Source of the DNA: an uncultured delta proteobacterium
Lineage (GTDB): Bacteria > Myxococcota > Myxococcia > Myxococcales > Anaeromyxobacteraceae
DNA: 64,000 nucleotides
Direction of reading: 5' to 3'
NCBI GenBank assembly: GCA_963828255.1
Contig: CAWHDZ010000007.1
Location: 128,001 to 192,000, forward strand
Of the stretch, positions 1 to 9,721 are shown piece by piece. Under the pieces are notes generated by a model. The model had not been told where the DNA came from. It did no database searches and worked only from the letters and a program-made list of their open reading frames with translations. How positions within the stretch are numbered: position 1 is the first letter of the stretch; the number at the start of each line of letters is the position of its first letter. The position numbers were made by a program, and so were the translations under genes.

Positions 1-650
1 CGGCGGCCCGCCGCCCCCTGGAGGCCAGGCTCCGCGCGCTCTTCGACCTGGACCTCGATCCCGCCGAGGTGGCGGCCGCGCTCCGGCGCGACCGGCTCCT
101 CGCGCCATCCGTGCGGCGCAACCCAGGACTGCGCGTGAACGGGGCCTTCGACGCCTTCGAGGCCGCCGTCCGGGTGGTGCTGGGGCAGCAGGTCAGCGTC
201 CGCGCCGCCACCACGGTGGCCGGAAGGCTCGCCGCGGCGCTCGGGGAGCCGGTGGAGACCCCGTTCCCCGGGCTGGATCGGCTGGCGCCCACGCCCGCAG
301 CGGTGACCGCTGCCGGCGAGGATCGCGTCGCCCGGGTGGGCATGCCCGGCGCCCGGGCCCGGACGCTGCTCGCGCTCGCCGGGTCCATCGCCTCGGGAGA
401 CCTGGTGCTCGAGCGTGGCGCCGACCCGGACCAGGTGCGTGACCGGATGCTCGCCCTGCCGGGCGTGGGGCCCTGGACGGCCTCGCTGGTGGCCATGCGG
501 GCGCTGGGCGCGCCCGACGCCTTCCCGGGCGGCGACCTGGGGGTGCTGCGCGCGCTCGGGGTGAAATCGGCGCGGGAGGCGGAGGCGCGCGCGGAGGCCT
601 GGAGGCCCTGGCGCGCCTACGCCGCCATGCACCTGTGGAACCTGCCCTGA
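1..650 (+). CDS. alkA: DNA-3-methyladenine glycosylase II (AlkA/Ada-AlkA), 5'-truncated by the window edge
   Basis: LGQQVSV, HhH motif LPGVGPWTA, DAFPGGDLG, WRPWRAYA; frame is open to the window start. Confidence 0.9.
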   Translation, partial: AARRPLEARLRALFDLDLDPAEVAAALRRDRLLAPSVRRNPGLRVNGAFDAFEAAVRVVLGQQVSVRAATTVAGRLAAALGEPVETPFPGLDRLAPTPAAVTAAGEDRVARVGMPGARARTLLALAGSIASGDLVLERGADPDQVRDRMLALPGVGPWTASLVAMRALGAPDAFPGGDLGVLRALGVKSAREAEARAEAWRPWRAYAAMHLWNLP

Positions 651-660
651 GCGTCGATCC

Positions 661-1236
661 CTACTGGCCGCCGAGAGACTTCAGGACGTCCTCGGCCTGG
701 GCCTTCAGCTCCTTGCCCTTGGCCAGCGCGGCGCCGTAGTCGCCGCCCTTCACCTGGTCGGTCACCTTCTGCCAGCCCGACTCGACCGCGGCGACCCCTT
801 CGCTGGCCTTGGCCAGGACCGCCTTGTCCATGCCGGCCGGCAGCTTCTTCGCGCCGGAGAGCGTGGCGATCCGGGTCTTCAGATCGGCGACCATCTTCGG
901 GACGGAGGCGGAGAGTTCCCCCCAGGCCTTCACGAGCTCGTCCTTCTTCGCGGCGGCGGCGGCCAGGGCCGCCTTCACCTTCGCGGTCACGTCGCCTGCG
1001 GCGGCCAGCGCCCCCTTGTAGTCCTGCTTCGCGACCAGTTCCTTGGCCGAGGCGTAGCTCGCCTGGGCCGCCTTCACGGCGTCGGGCGCGAGCTTCGCCG
1101 CCTCGCCCTGCAGGGATTCCACGGCGGAGCCGGCTGCGGCCATGGCGGCCTCGGCGGGAGCCTTGGCGGCGTCGGTGCAGGCGACCACGAGAGCGAACGG
1201 GACGACGGCCAGGGCGAGGCGGAGGCTTCGCGACAT
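661..1236 (-). CDS. Ala/Lys-rich helical lipoprotein
   Basis: MSRSLRLALAVVPFALVVAC lipobox; GGAG RBS before ATG 1236. Confidence 0.75.
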   Translation of the reverse strand: MSRSLRLALAVVPFALVVACTDAAKAPAEAAMAAAGSAVESLQGEAAKLAPDAVKAAQASYASAKELVAKQDYKGALAAAGDVTAKVKAALAAAAAKKDELVKAWGELSASVPKMVADLKTRIATLSGAKKLPAGMDKAVLAKASEGVAAVESGWQKVTDQVKGGDYGAALAKGKELKAQAEDVLKSLGGQ

Positions 1237-1252
1237 GGGTGCTCCTCCGGGT

Positions 1253-2419
1253 CTACGGAGGGAAGGCCAGGTCGGCCGCGACGGTCCCGGCCGGAGCGAC
1301 CGCCGCGATGACCGCTGGGCTCGTGACGAGCGTGTCGGCGCCCGAGGCATCCACGCTCCTCCGCGTGCCCACGATGGTGTAGGCGCGGCTGGGGGCATCC
1401 GTGGGCAGCGCCGGGATGGCGTAGGTCTCCCCCGTGGTCGCCACGGCGGCCGCCACGGTCCGGACGATGAAGGGCTGGAGCACCCCCCCCGCGTCGAGCG
1501 GAAGGCGCGCATCCACCGAGTCGACCTGCGGGAGCACGGCGGCCGGCGTGATGGCGCCGGCGACGTTTCCGGTGGCCGTCGCAGCCGTGAAGGAGGCATC
1601 GAAGGTCCGGACCGGGGCGGCCGCGGTGATGGTGAGCCCCGCGCTCGCCCTGGGCTCGTAGGAGGCCACGGTCGCGCCCGCCGTGTCGAAGAAGGCCGGC
1701 TGGCTCACCACGAAGTAGGTGCCGTCGCGGGGGAGGAGGTCGAGGACGTAGTGGCCGGCCGCGTCGGTCGTGACCGACCGCACCACCGACGGAACGCCAG
1801 CGGCGACGGTCTGCGCCGTGACGACCGCTCCGGGCAGCGGCGCGAGCGTGCCGGCCACCGTGAAGGTCCCGGAGATCGACCCGGTCTCGAGCCTGTCGTA
1901 GGCACGCACCGTGGGGCGAAGGATGTACTTTCCGGAGTTCCCCGCCTCGTGGACGAAGACCGACTTGTGCGCGTCGAAGTCGATGTAGACGTCGGCGGTG
2001 GTGCCGGGCTGGATGTCGAAGTTCACGGTGAGCTTCACGCCCGACTGCTGGCCCGACGGCACCTTGAGGGGAGCCACGGTGCCGTCGAGGAGCTTCACCG
2101 TGTTGTCGGGTCCGAGCACCAGCCGCATCTGGCCGTAGCGGCCGGCGGGCAGTGGAGCGCCATCGACCAGCGTGTCGTACACGCCTCCGGTGAGGGCGAG
2201 GAGGTTGATCACGCGGTTCGGCGTACCCAGGGTCAACCAACCGTCCTCGCTCGCGATCTCGACCGTCCGGACGTCGATGTTGACCTCGGAGTACCCGTCG
2301 GACGGGGCATCGACGAGCCGCACGTTCATCGAGGCGGGGGCCGTGGAAGTCGTCCCGGAACTGCAGGCGGCGAGAAGGGTGCCGATGACGGCGATCGTAA
2401 GAATTTCGCGGACTTGCAT
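1253..2419 (-). CDS. DUF4382-domain lipoprotein with carboxypeptidase-regulatory-like domain
   Basis: Lipobox LLAAC; NVRLVDAP...LKVPSGQQSGVKL...DFDAHKS...YILRP. Confidence 0.8.
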   Translation of the reverse strand: MQVREILTIAVIGTLLAACSSGTTSTAPASMNVRLVDAPSDGYSEVNIDVRTVEIASEDGWLTLGTPNRVINLLALTGGVYDTLVDGAPLPAGRYGQMRLVLGPDNTVKLLDGTVAPLKVPSGQQSGVKLTVNFDIQPGTTADVYIDFDAHKSVFVHEAGNSGKYILRPTVRAYDRLETGSISGTFTVAGTLAPLPGAVVTAQTVAAGVPSVVRSVTTDAAGHYVLDLLPRDGTYFVVSQPAFFDTAGATVASYEPRASAGLTITAAAPVRTFDASFTAATATGNVAGAITPAAVLPQVDSVDARLPLDAGGVLQPFIVRTVAAAVATTGETYAIPALPTDAPSRAYTIVGTRRSVDASGADTLVTSPAVIAAVAPAGTVAADLAFPP

Positions 2420-2485
2420 GTAGTTCCCCCTTGGGTCGGACGTGTACTTCGTTCCTTCAACACGAGGCCGTCGGAAAAGTTCCGG

Positions 2486-2659
2486 TCAGACTTGTAGGCG
2501 ATCCCGCCGTCGAGACCGATCTGCGTCATCGAGGTGGTGTAGGACGCGATGCCCTGTCCGTAGGGTCCGGGGTGAAGCGCATCTGCTGGTAGCCGGTGAA
2601 GGTGGTGCTGGAGTAGAGGTTCTGGGCGCCGCGGTGACCGCAAGCCTCCAGCGCTTCAT
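2486..2659 (-). pseudogene. Eroded remnant, probably of an outer-membrane beta-barrel gene
   Basis: Signal-like MKRWRLAVTAA followed by protein-like fragments in shifted frames, ending TQIGLDGGIAYK. Confidence 0.4.
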
Positions 2660-2681
2660 GCGTGTTGCTCCCTGTGGGGTT

Positions 2682-3617
2682 TCAGGCCTGACCGGCAGCG
2701 ACGAAGATCCAGCGCAGCGCGAAGCCACCCGCGAGCACCAGGAGCGGCGCCATGGCGGTCACGCGGTAGTGCAGCTTCGATTCCAGCGTCTCGAGCAGCG
2801 CGGGCACCAGCAGCCCGCCGATGACCACCAGGGTCCAGAACTGTGCGGTGTACGGGCCGCCCAGGAGCAGGCCGGCGGCGTCGCGCCCGGCGGCGCTCGA
2901 GGTGGTGAGCCCCACCAGGAAGAGCAGGATCAGCGCGAACTCGATCCCGATGGCCAGCACGTCCCAGCGCACCAGGAAGTGGCGCTCGTCGTCGGTGACC
3001 CGGAAGAGCATGAGGAAGGCCGCGCCGGTGGAGAGGCCGGAGACCAGGAAGAGGGGCCCGAGCAGCGCCGAGTTCCAGAGCGCCCGGGCGCCCAGCGTGG
3101 AGAGCAGGACCCCCGTGTACACGCCGAGTGCGACCCCGGTGCCCAGGTTCCACCAGGCGAGGCGCCGGGCCTGGCCGAGCGCGAAGGCGCGGGCCTTGCG
3201 GACGGCGCGGCCCACGGCGGCCACCCGGCACTTGCCCATTGCCCCCTCGAACTGCACCTCGGACAGGGAGGCCAGGCCGAAGAGGAGGGTCACCGGGTAG
3301 GCGACGACGAGGATCCAGGCGCCCCAGCTCATGGGCGAGGTCCAGCGCAGCGCCAGGTAGAAGCGCCAGACGAAGAGCTTGTGCGCCAGGTCGAGGAAGA
3401 GGGCGCCCATCCCCACGGAGATGAGCACCGGCGCCGCGAAGGCGAGCCAGCGCGAGGCCGGGGAGCGCTCCCCCTTCCGCAGGGCGAGCAGCGTGGAGAG
3501 GATCATGGTCCCCGCCGCCATGCCGCCCAGGAACAGGTAGACGGGGATCTCCCAGCCCCAGACGTGGAGCACGGGGTCGATCTGGAGCGAGTGGCGTGCG
3601 ACGTCGATCTCGGTCAT
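2682..3617 (-). CDS. psrC: NrfD/PsrC-family membrane anchor
   Basis: WGWEIPVYLFLGGMAAG, LFLDL, SPMSWGAW, YTGVLL; multiple TM segments. Confidence 0.9.
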   Translation of the reverse strand: MTEIDVARHSLQIDPVLHVWGWEIPVYLFLGGMAAGTMILSTLLALRKGERSPASRWLAFAAPVLISVGMGALFLDLAHKLFVWRFYLALRWTSPMSWGAWILVVAYPVTLLFGLASLSEVQFEGAMGKCRVAAVGRAVRKARAFALGQARRLAWWNLGTGVALGVYTGVLLSTLGARALWNSALLGPLFLVSGLSTGAAFLMLFRVTDDERHFLVRWDVLAIGIEFALILLFLVGLTTSSAAGRDAAGLLLGGPYTAQFWTLVVIGGLLVPALLETLESKLHYRVTAMAPLLVLAGGFALRWIFVAAGQA

Positions 3618-3639
3618 GTGCGTGTCCTCGGGCGCGGAC

Positions 3640-4851
3640 CTAGCCGCCGCAGCCGCCGCCTCCGGCCTTCTTCCTGGGAGCGCCGCCGTCCACCGGCACC
3701 GGGGGCGGGGGGGCTGCCTTCACGCCGGTCATGGCCGCGGCGATCCCGGCGCGCAGCCGGTAGCTCTCGAGCACCTCGGGGCTCGCTCCCGCGGCGGGCG
3801 CCTCGGGGGGCGTCAGCGCGAAGGCGCTCCAGGCGGGGAAGCCGCCGGCGAGGGTCGCGACCCGCCCGGGATACGCGGCGGCTGCCGGGGGGATGGAACC
3901 GAGGCCCGGGGCGGCGACGATGACCAGCTCCCGGGCGCCGTTGGCGTCGGCGAGACCGAGCTTCGCCAGGTCGGCGGCGGGCACGCACTCGGATCCCGGG
4001 ACCCGCGCCGCGGCGCACTCGGCCATGGGACGCACGTCGATGACGCGGACCTTCCAGGGCTGGTCGAGGACCCTGTGGGCGAGCTGCATGGCCGTGAGCG
4101 ACTCCACCGGCTTCTGGCTTGCGGCGCTCCCGGTGGGGACGGCCATGGTGGCGAGGCCGACCACCGCGAAGGCGACGAAGCCGGCGAAGACCATCCGCGT
4201 GGTGGAGGGGGACGCCGCCTCGGCCGGGAGGGCGCCCTTGCTCCGGACCAGGTCCTGGACCTTCTGCGCGCCCAGGAAGGCGCCGATGGCCATCGCGGCG
4301 ACCGCCAGCGCGACCACGGCGGGCCCGACCCTGGGCGGCAGGCCGAGCAGGTCGTAGAGGTAGACGTGCCCCATGTCGCTCGCGTTCTGGAGGCGCGAGA
4401 TGGCCGGGTAGTGCTCGATGGCGGTCCACGCCACCTGGCCGACGATGACGCCCACCACGGCCATGAGCCCGTCCCACTTGCCCGAGGCCATGGCCACCAT
4501 CGACGTGCCGGGGCAGTACCCGGAGACGATGAAGCCCACGCCCAGCGCGAACCCGCCGATGATCATCGGCCAGAGGAACGTCGAGCTGGTGGCGTAGTCG
4601 GCGACGGCGCGCAGGTCCATGAGCCCGAGGCCGGAGAGCACCACCGTGCCCAGCATGGCGGTGACGATGGCGCCGAACATGACCTTCAGCACGGTCATGT
4701 CCGTGCCGTAGAACTGGCCGGCGAGCTTGGTGGAGCGGCCGAAGCCGGCCCGCTCCAGCACGAAGCCGAAGCCGAAGCCGATGAGCACGCCGACCACGAG
4801 GCCGAGCTCCCGGGCCTCTCCGGAGAGCGACCAGAAGGGGAGGAGGTTCAT
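3640..4851 (-). CDS. YeeE/YedE sulfur-compound transporter fused to a rhodanese-like domain
   Basis: GFGFVLERAGF, GYCPGT; C-terminal VIDVRP..EC...RVPGS; ends GGGGCGG. Confidence 0.8.
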   Translation of the reverse strand: MNLLPFWSLSGEARELGLVVGVLIGFGFGFVLERAGFGRSTKLAGQFYGTDMTVLKVMFGAIVTAMLGTVVLSGLGLMDLRAVADYATSSTFLWPMIIGGFALGVGFIVSGYCPGTSMVAMASGKWDGLMAVVGVIVGQVAWTAIEHYPAISRLQNASDMGHVYLYDLLGLPPRVGPAVVALAVAAMAIGAFLGAQKVQDLVRSKGALPAEAASPSTTRMVFAGFVAFAVVGLATMAVPTGSAASQKPVESLTAMQLAHRVLDQPWKVRVIDVRPMAECAAARVPGSECVPAADLAKLGLADANGARELVIVAAPGLGSIPPAAAAYPGRVATLAGGFPAWSAFALTPPEAPAAGASPEVLESYRLRAGIAAAMTGVKAAPPPPVPVDGGAPRKKAGGGGCGG

Positions 4852-5363
4852 CGCCACTCCTTCCGGACGAACCACGCGGTCGCGTAGCCGCCCGCGAAGA
4901 CCGAGAACATGAATGCCCAGCTGCCCACGCTCATGAGCGCGCCGCCGGAGAGGGCCTGGCCCGAGGTGCAGCCGCGGGTGACGCGTGCCGCTGCTCCCAT
5001 GATGATGCCTCCCAGGAGCGCGAAGAGGAGCCGCTTGCCCTTCGGGAAGGTGGGGCCGCCGAGCGTCTCGGCCTTGAGCCGGCCGGAGGTGTAGGCGCCG
5101 ACGAAGCCGCCCAGCAGGACTCCGAGGACCTCGAAGGCGAGCCAGAAGTCGAAGGGGCGCCCGTGGTTCCAGGCCTTCGCCAGGCCCGGCGTGGACTCGA
5201 CGAAGCCGGGCGCCACCGCGCCCACGGCGGCCACCCCCATGCGCAGCGACGCGCCGGACGCGCCCAGCCCCATTCCCATGATGGAGATGCTGGCGAGGAG
5301 CACCAGGCCCAGCGCGACGCCGGCCAGGTATGGGTTCCAGAACTTGTCGGGATTCCGTTCCAT
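4848..5363 (-). CDS. YeeE/YedE-family protein (half transporter)
   Basis: WNPYLAGVALG; ARVTRGCTSGQALSG. Confidence 0.85.
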   Translation of the reverse strand: MERNPDKFWNPYLAGVALGLVLLASISIMGMGLGASGASLRMGVAAVGAVAPGFVESTPGLAKAWNHGRPFDFWLAFEVLGVLLGGFVGAYTSGRLKAETLGGPTFPKGKRLLFALLGGIIMGAAARVTRGCTSGQALSGGALMSVGSWAFMFSVFAGGYATAWFVRKEWR

Positions 5364-5373
5364 GGCGGCTCCG

Positions 5374-5913
5374 TCAGGAGAGGAAGAACACGTTGGGCTC
5401 GTTGCCGGTCTCGGGCTGGAGCACCTTCACCTTGCGTGTGTGCACGAGGCGGGAGACCGCGCTGTCCGGGTCGTTCAGGTCGCCGAAGGTGAGCGACCGG
5501 GTCGGGCAGACCTCGACGCAGGCCGTGGGCTGCCCCTTCTTCACCCGGTGCAGGCAGAAGGTGCACTTGTCCACGTATCCCGAGGGGTGGACGTAGCGGG
5601 CGCCGTAGGCGCAGGAGGTGATGCAGGCCTTGCAGCCGGTGCACTTGGCCGGATTCACCATCACCACCCCGCCCTCCTGCACGTGGGAGGCGCCGGTCGG
5701 GCAGGCGTCCACGCACGGGGAGTTCGTGCAGTGGTTGCAGCGCTCGGAGCGGATCTCCATGGCGAGGCCGGGGAAGGTGCCCGTCACCTCGGTGGTGATC
5801 CAGTCGCGGAACCCGCCGTCGGGCAGGCCGTTCTCGGTCTTGCAGGAGATGACGCAGGCGTTGCAGCCCACGCAGCGGCGGGTGTCCACCGCCATGGCGT
5901 AGCGCTTCTTCAC
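5374..5913 (-). CDS. psrB: 4Fe-4S electron-transfer subunit of polysulfide/thiosulfate reductase
   Basis: CVGCNACVISC, CNHCTNSPCVDACP, CTGCKACITSC, KCTFC..CVEVCP; GTG start overlaps psrA stop. Confidence 0.9.
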   Translation of the reverse strand: MKKRYAMAVDTRRCVGCNACVISCKTENGLPDGGFRDWITTEVTGTFPGLAMEIRSERCNHCTNSPCVDACPTGASHVQEGGVVMVNPAKCTGCKACITSCAYGARYVHPSGYVDKCTFCLHRVKKGQPTACVEVCPTRSLTFGDLNDPDSAVSRLVHTRKVKVLQPETGNEPNVFFLS

Positions 5914-8135
5914 GCGGCACCTCCCGCGAGCTCGATTCGCACGAAGTTCACGTTCATGCCGGTGCCGCCCATGATCGGGTCCACCTTGTAGCGGGTGGTG
6001 AGCGCGCTGGTGGAGGCGCCGCGTCCCCGGGCGTACTTGAGACCCTTGGCGGTGTGGCCCCACCCGTGGACGAGGTAGACGCAGTCGCCGCGGATGCGCT
6101 CGGTCACCTTGGCGCGGACCGGGCCGGACTTCACGCCGTCCTGGTTCACGAGCATGACCCGGTCGCCGTCCTTCACCGGGGTGGGCATGGCCCGCGCCGC
6201 GTCGGCGTTCACCCAGACCTCGTTCTCCGGGTAGGGCTGGGCCAGGAGCCGGTTGTTGGTGGTGCGGCCGAAGGTGTGGGTCGGGGCGCGCCCCATGAGC
6301 AGCCGGAAGTGACCGGGCGGCCCCTCGTCGGGTGGATAGAAGACGGGGAGCGGATCGAAGCCCAGCTTGGCGAGCGCAGCGCTGTGGAGCTGGATCTTGC
6401 CGTCCTCGGTCGAGATGGGCGGCGCCGCTCCCTCCTCCGCGCAGGTGGCGATGCGCTTGCCGAGCAGCACGCCCTTGCGGCGGAGCTCGATGAGGTCGAG
6501 CCCCGAGGCGCGCGCCCGCGCGTCCACGAACTCGCGCCCGTCGGTCCAGGGGAAGTACTCGCCGAGGCCGGTGCGGATGCCCATCTCCTTGGCGATCCAC
6601 CAGCCCGGCTTCGAGTCGTACATGGGCTCGACGGCAGCCTGCCGGACGGCGACGAAGGGGGTCTTGTACGCCGGCGCCGCGAGGTCGTCGTCCCGTTCCA
6701 GGTAGGTGGCCTCGGGCAGCACCACGTCCGCCCAGCCGCAGATCTCGGCGGGGAGCACGTCGATGGCCACCATGAAGTCCAGGTTCTGGATGGCCTTGAT
6801 GGTCTCCTGCGGCGCCGGGAGCGACTGGATGAGGTTCGTGCCGTAGACGATCCAGGCCTTCATGTCGTAGGCGGCGAAGCCGGGCTTCGTCGCGTCGCAG
6901 AGCCCGGAGGCCAGGACCTCGTCGGCCACCGGGTAGCCGCCCTGCCTGGGCCGGTCGGCCACTGGTCGGACCTTCTGGGATCCTGGCTTCAGGGGGTAGG
7001 GGGCCACCGAGACCTTGCCCGTCGCGAGGTAGCCGCCGCGGCGCCCCCAGCTGCCGAGGAGGGCGGCCAGGATGGCCATGGCGCGGCCGCGCTGGGTGTC
7101 GTCGCCGGTCCAGGTGGTGTGGCGTCCCGGGTGGATGAGCGAGGCGGGGCGGGCCGAGGCGATGAAGCGGGCCGAGTCGCGGATGAGGCCGGGCTCCACG
7201 CCGGTGAGCGGCCAGGCCCACTCCGGCGTCTTGCCGGCCACGTGGGCCTTCAGCTCCTCCAGGCCGGTGGCGTGCTTCGCCAGGTACTCCGCGTCGTACC
7301 GCCCCTCCTCCAGGATCACGTTCATCCAGGCCAGCAGGAGCGCGATGTCGGTGCCCGGCTTGATGGGCAGCCAGTACTTCGCCTTGCCGGCCGCCACCGA
7401 GTAGCGCGGGTCCACCACCACGAGCTCGGCCCCCTTGCCGAGCGCCGAGGCCATCTCCTGCACCTGGGTGTTGTGCATGTTCTCGCCCAGGTGGCTGCCG
7501 ATGAGGGTGATGACGCGGGCGTTCTCGATGTCGATGGGCTCGGGCGAGCCGAGCGCCGAGCCGTATGTGAGGGTGTAGGCGGCCTCGCGGGGGCCGCGGC
7601 ACTGGGCGTAGGAGGGGGCCCCGATGTTGGGTGATCCCCAGACCTTCATGAACCACTTGAACCAGCTGCCCCCGAAACCGTGGGTGAAGAGTGCGACGGC
7701 CTCCGGGCCGTGCTGCGCCTTCACCTTGAGAAGACCCTCCCCGACCTTGTTCAGCGCCGCGTCCCAGGAGACCTCCTCGAAGACGTCGTCCCCGCGCTTC
7801 GAGGTGCGGATGAGGGGGCGCTTCAACCGGTCGGGGTCGTAGAGCTGGCCGGTGGCCCCGGCGCCGCGCGGGCAGAGCATGCCCTTCGAGAGCGGGTGCT
7901 CGGGGTTGCCGGTGATCTTGGTGACCCGGCCGTCCTTCACGTGGGCGAGAACGCCGCAGTTCCAGAAGCAGAGTTCGCAGAAGCTCGCGACGACCTTGTC
8001 GCCGTCGGTTCCGGGGTCCTTCACCGGGTTTCCGTCGAGGCCCCACCAGTTCGTGGTGAGGCCGGAGCCGACCGCGGCGACGCCGGCGGTGGCCGCTCCG
8101 ATCTGGATGAACTTCCGGCGGGTGATGGCGCTCAT
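5910..8135 (-). CDS. psrA: Tat-exported molybdopterin catalytic subunit, polysulfide/thiosulfate reductase
   Basis: TRRKFIQ Tat motif; CELCFWNC...C Fe-S site; YAQCRGPR putative Mo-ligand Cys; MGD-binding motifs. Confidence 0.88.
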   Translation of the reverse strand: MSAITRRKFIQIGAATAGVAAVGSGLTTNWWGLDGNPVKDPGTDGDKVVASFCELCFWNCGVLAHVKDGRVTKITGNPEHPLSKGMLCPRGAGATGQLYDPDRLKRPLIRTSKRGDDVFEEVSWDAALNKVGEGLLKVKAQHGPEAVALFTHGFGGSWFKWFMKVWGSPNIGAPSYAQCRGPREAAYTLTYGSALGSPEPIDIENARVITLIGSHLGENMHNTQVQEMASALGKGAELVVVDPRYSVAAGKAKYWLPIKPGTDIALLLAWMNVILEEGRYDAEYLAKHATGLEELKAHVAGKTPEWAWPLTGVEPGLIRDSARFIASARPASLIHPGRHTTWTGDDTQRGRAMAILAALLGSWGRRGGYLATGKVSVAPYPLKPGSQKVRPVADRPRQGGYPVADEVLASGLCDATKPGFAAYDMKAWIVYGTNLIQSLPAPQETIKAIQNLDFMVAIDVLPAEICGWADVVLPEATYLERDDDLAAPAYKTPFVAVRQAAVEPMYDSKPGWWIAKEMGIRTGLGEYFPWTDGREFVDARARASGLDLIELRRKGVLLGKRIATCAEEGAAPPISTEDGKIQLHSAALAKLGFDPLPVFYPPDEGPPGHFRLLMGRAPTHTFGRTTNNRLLAQPYPENEVWVNADAARAMPTPVKDGDRVMLVNQDGVKSGPVRAKVTERIRGDCVYLVHGWGHTAKGLKYARGRGASTSALTTRYKVDPIMGGTGMNVNFVRIELAGGAA

Positions 8136-8149
8136 GGAGCGCTGAACTG

Positions 8150-8165
8150 TGCCGGGAGCGTGCCA
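8150..8165 (-). promoter_or_regulatory. sigma54 (-24/-12) promoter of the psr operon
   Basis: TGGCACGCTCCCGGCA: GG-N10-GC spacing, 14 nt before psrA ATG, next to an enhancer-binding protein gene. Confidence 0.7.
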
Positions 8166-8226
8166 GCGCGAAGGCTTGGAAACTTCCAATGATCGCGGCT
8201 AAATGGACTGAATTTACCGACGATGC

Positions 8227-8250
8227 TGCAACGTTACGTTGCAACGTTGC
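8227..8250. promoter_or_regulatory. Overlapping palindromes, candidate upstream activator sequence
   Basis: TGCAACGT-T-ACGTTGCA (8227-8243) overlapping GCAACGTTGC (8241-8250) in an AT-richer spacer. Confidence 0.55.
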
Positions 8251-8288
8251 GTTCCATTCGAAACGTCATGGTGCAAACCGTTTCATCC

Positions 8289-9668
8289 TCAACCCAGCCC
8301 CAGCTCCCGCATCTTCCGCCAGAGCGTGGTCCGACTCATCCCCAGGGCGGTGGCGGCCTGGGCCCGGTTCCACCGGCTCGCCTCCAGCGCGGCCCGGATC
8401 CGGGCGGGTTCTCCATCGGGCGACGGCTCGGGGCGAACGGCGACCGCATCCGGCCTGCGCGTCGGCCCCGCGGCGCCGCCCAGGACCTCGGGCGGCAGGT
8501 CCTCGGGAACCACCGTGTGCCCCTTCGCCACGGTGACCGCGTACTCGAGCGCATTCTCCAGCTCGCGCACGTTCCCCGGCCAGGTGTAGGCCAGGATGGA
8601 GCGCAGGGCGTCGGGGGAGAAGCGGAGCGCGCGTCCGTGGCGGCCGCCCACCCGGCCGAGGAGGAAGCTGGCCAGCGGCTCGATGTCCTCCCGGCGCTCG
8701 CGGAGCGGAGGCAGCTCGAGGGGGAAGACGCGGAGCCGGTAGTAGAGGTCCTCCCGGAACGCGCCGGTCTCGACGGCCCGGCGCAGGTCCTTGTTGGTGG
8801 CGGCGATGATGCGTGCGGTCGAGGTGCGCGGCCTGCTCTCGCCGACGCGCTCGAAGGTCTTCTCCTGGAGCACGCGGAGCAGCTTCACCTGGAGGTGGAG
8901 GGGGACGTCCCCGACCTCGTCGAGGAAGAGGGTCCCGTCGGATGCCAGCTCGAAGCGCCCGGCGCGGTCGCGGACGGCCCCGGTGAAGGCGCCCCGCACG
9001 TGGCCGAAGAGCTCGGCCTCGAGCAGCTCGCCGGGCAGGGCCGCGCAGTTCACTGCGAGGAAGGGCCCGTTGCGGCGGATGGAGTGGGTGTGGATGGCGC
9101 GCGCCATCACCTCCTTGCCGGTCCCGCTCTCTCCGGTCAGCAGGATGGTCACGTCGCTGTGCTGGAGGTTCTCCACCAGCCGGAAGATCCGGGTCATCGA
9201 CGTCGAGCGGGCGATGAGCCCCCCGAAGCTGGTGGGCGCCTGCGCCGCCGTGCCGTCGGTCTCGTCGGCCGGGCGCATGACCACGATGTAGCTCGCCTCC
9301 GGATCGCAGACACCGTTCGGGTCGTGGCGAAGTGGGGCCACGGTGATCGAGACCAGGCGGGAGCCCGACGGCTCCGCGCGCAGCGACGCGCGCCACCCCT
9401 CGCGCTTCTCCCCGGCCAGGAGGGCCTCGCGCAGCGCTCCTCCCTGGCCGAAGAGTTCCGGTCCGAAGAGCGTCTCGACCGGCTTCCCCAGCAGGGCCTG
9501 CGCGGCGCCCTTGCCGACGAGCGTGTCGAGCTGCTGGGAGACGTGGCGCACGCGGAAGTCGGCGTCGAGCGCCATGCAGACCCGCCCGATCGACCCGAGG
9601 ACCGCGTTGACCGCGGCGAATCCGGCCCGGATGACCGAGGTGTCGTTGACCTCCGTGCTCGCTGCCAT
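8289..9668 (-). CDS. sigma54-dependent enhancer-binding protein (PAS-like + AAA+ + Fis HTH)
   Basis: GESGTGKE, ELFGHVRGAFTGA, FREDLYYRL, WPGNVRELEN, LGMSRTTLWRK. Confidence 0.95.
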   Translation of the reverse strand: MAASTEVNDTSVIRAGFAAVNAVLGSIGRVCMALDADFRVRHVSQQLDTLVGKGAAQALLGKPVETLFGPELFGQGGALREALLAGEKREGWRASLRAEPSGSRLVSITVAPLRHDPNGVCDPEASYIVVMRPADETDGTAAQAPTSFGGLIARSTSMTRIFRLVENLQHSDVTILLTGESGTGKEVMARAIHTHSIRRNGPFLAVNCAALPGELLEAELFGHVRGAFTGAVRDRAGRFELASDGTLFLDEVGDVPLHLQVKLLRVLQEKTFERVGESRPRTSTARIIAATNKDLRRAVETGAFREDLYYRLRVFPLELPPLRERREDIEPLASFLLGRVGGRHGRALRFSPDALRSILAYTWPGNVRELENALEYAVTVAKGHTVVPEDLPPEVLGGAAGPTRRPDAVAVRPEPSPDGEPARIRAALEASRWNRAQAATALGMSRTTLWRKMRELGLG

Positions 9669-9721
9669 GCGCCGCGAATGGTGGCCGAATCCCGCGCGTC
9701 ACGCAATCGCGGCGCCGACCC

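Noticed and set aside
2455..2484. GGAACT-N16-GTTGAA here, and similar sites near 12535-12562 and 13890-13917, as further regulon promoters
   Set aside because: The -10 part does not match GGCTC; possibly another ECF promoter but too weak to count
5374..8244. 956-aa ORF suggesting a PsrA-PsrB fusion
   Set aside because: Only the last ~180 aa (from GTG 5913) are PsrB; the rest is an off-frame read of psrA
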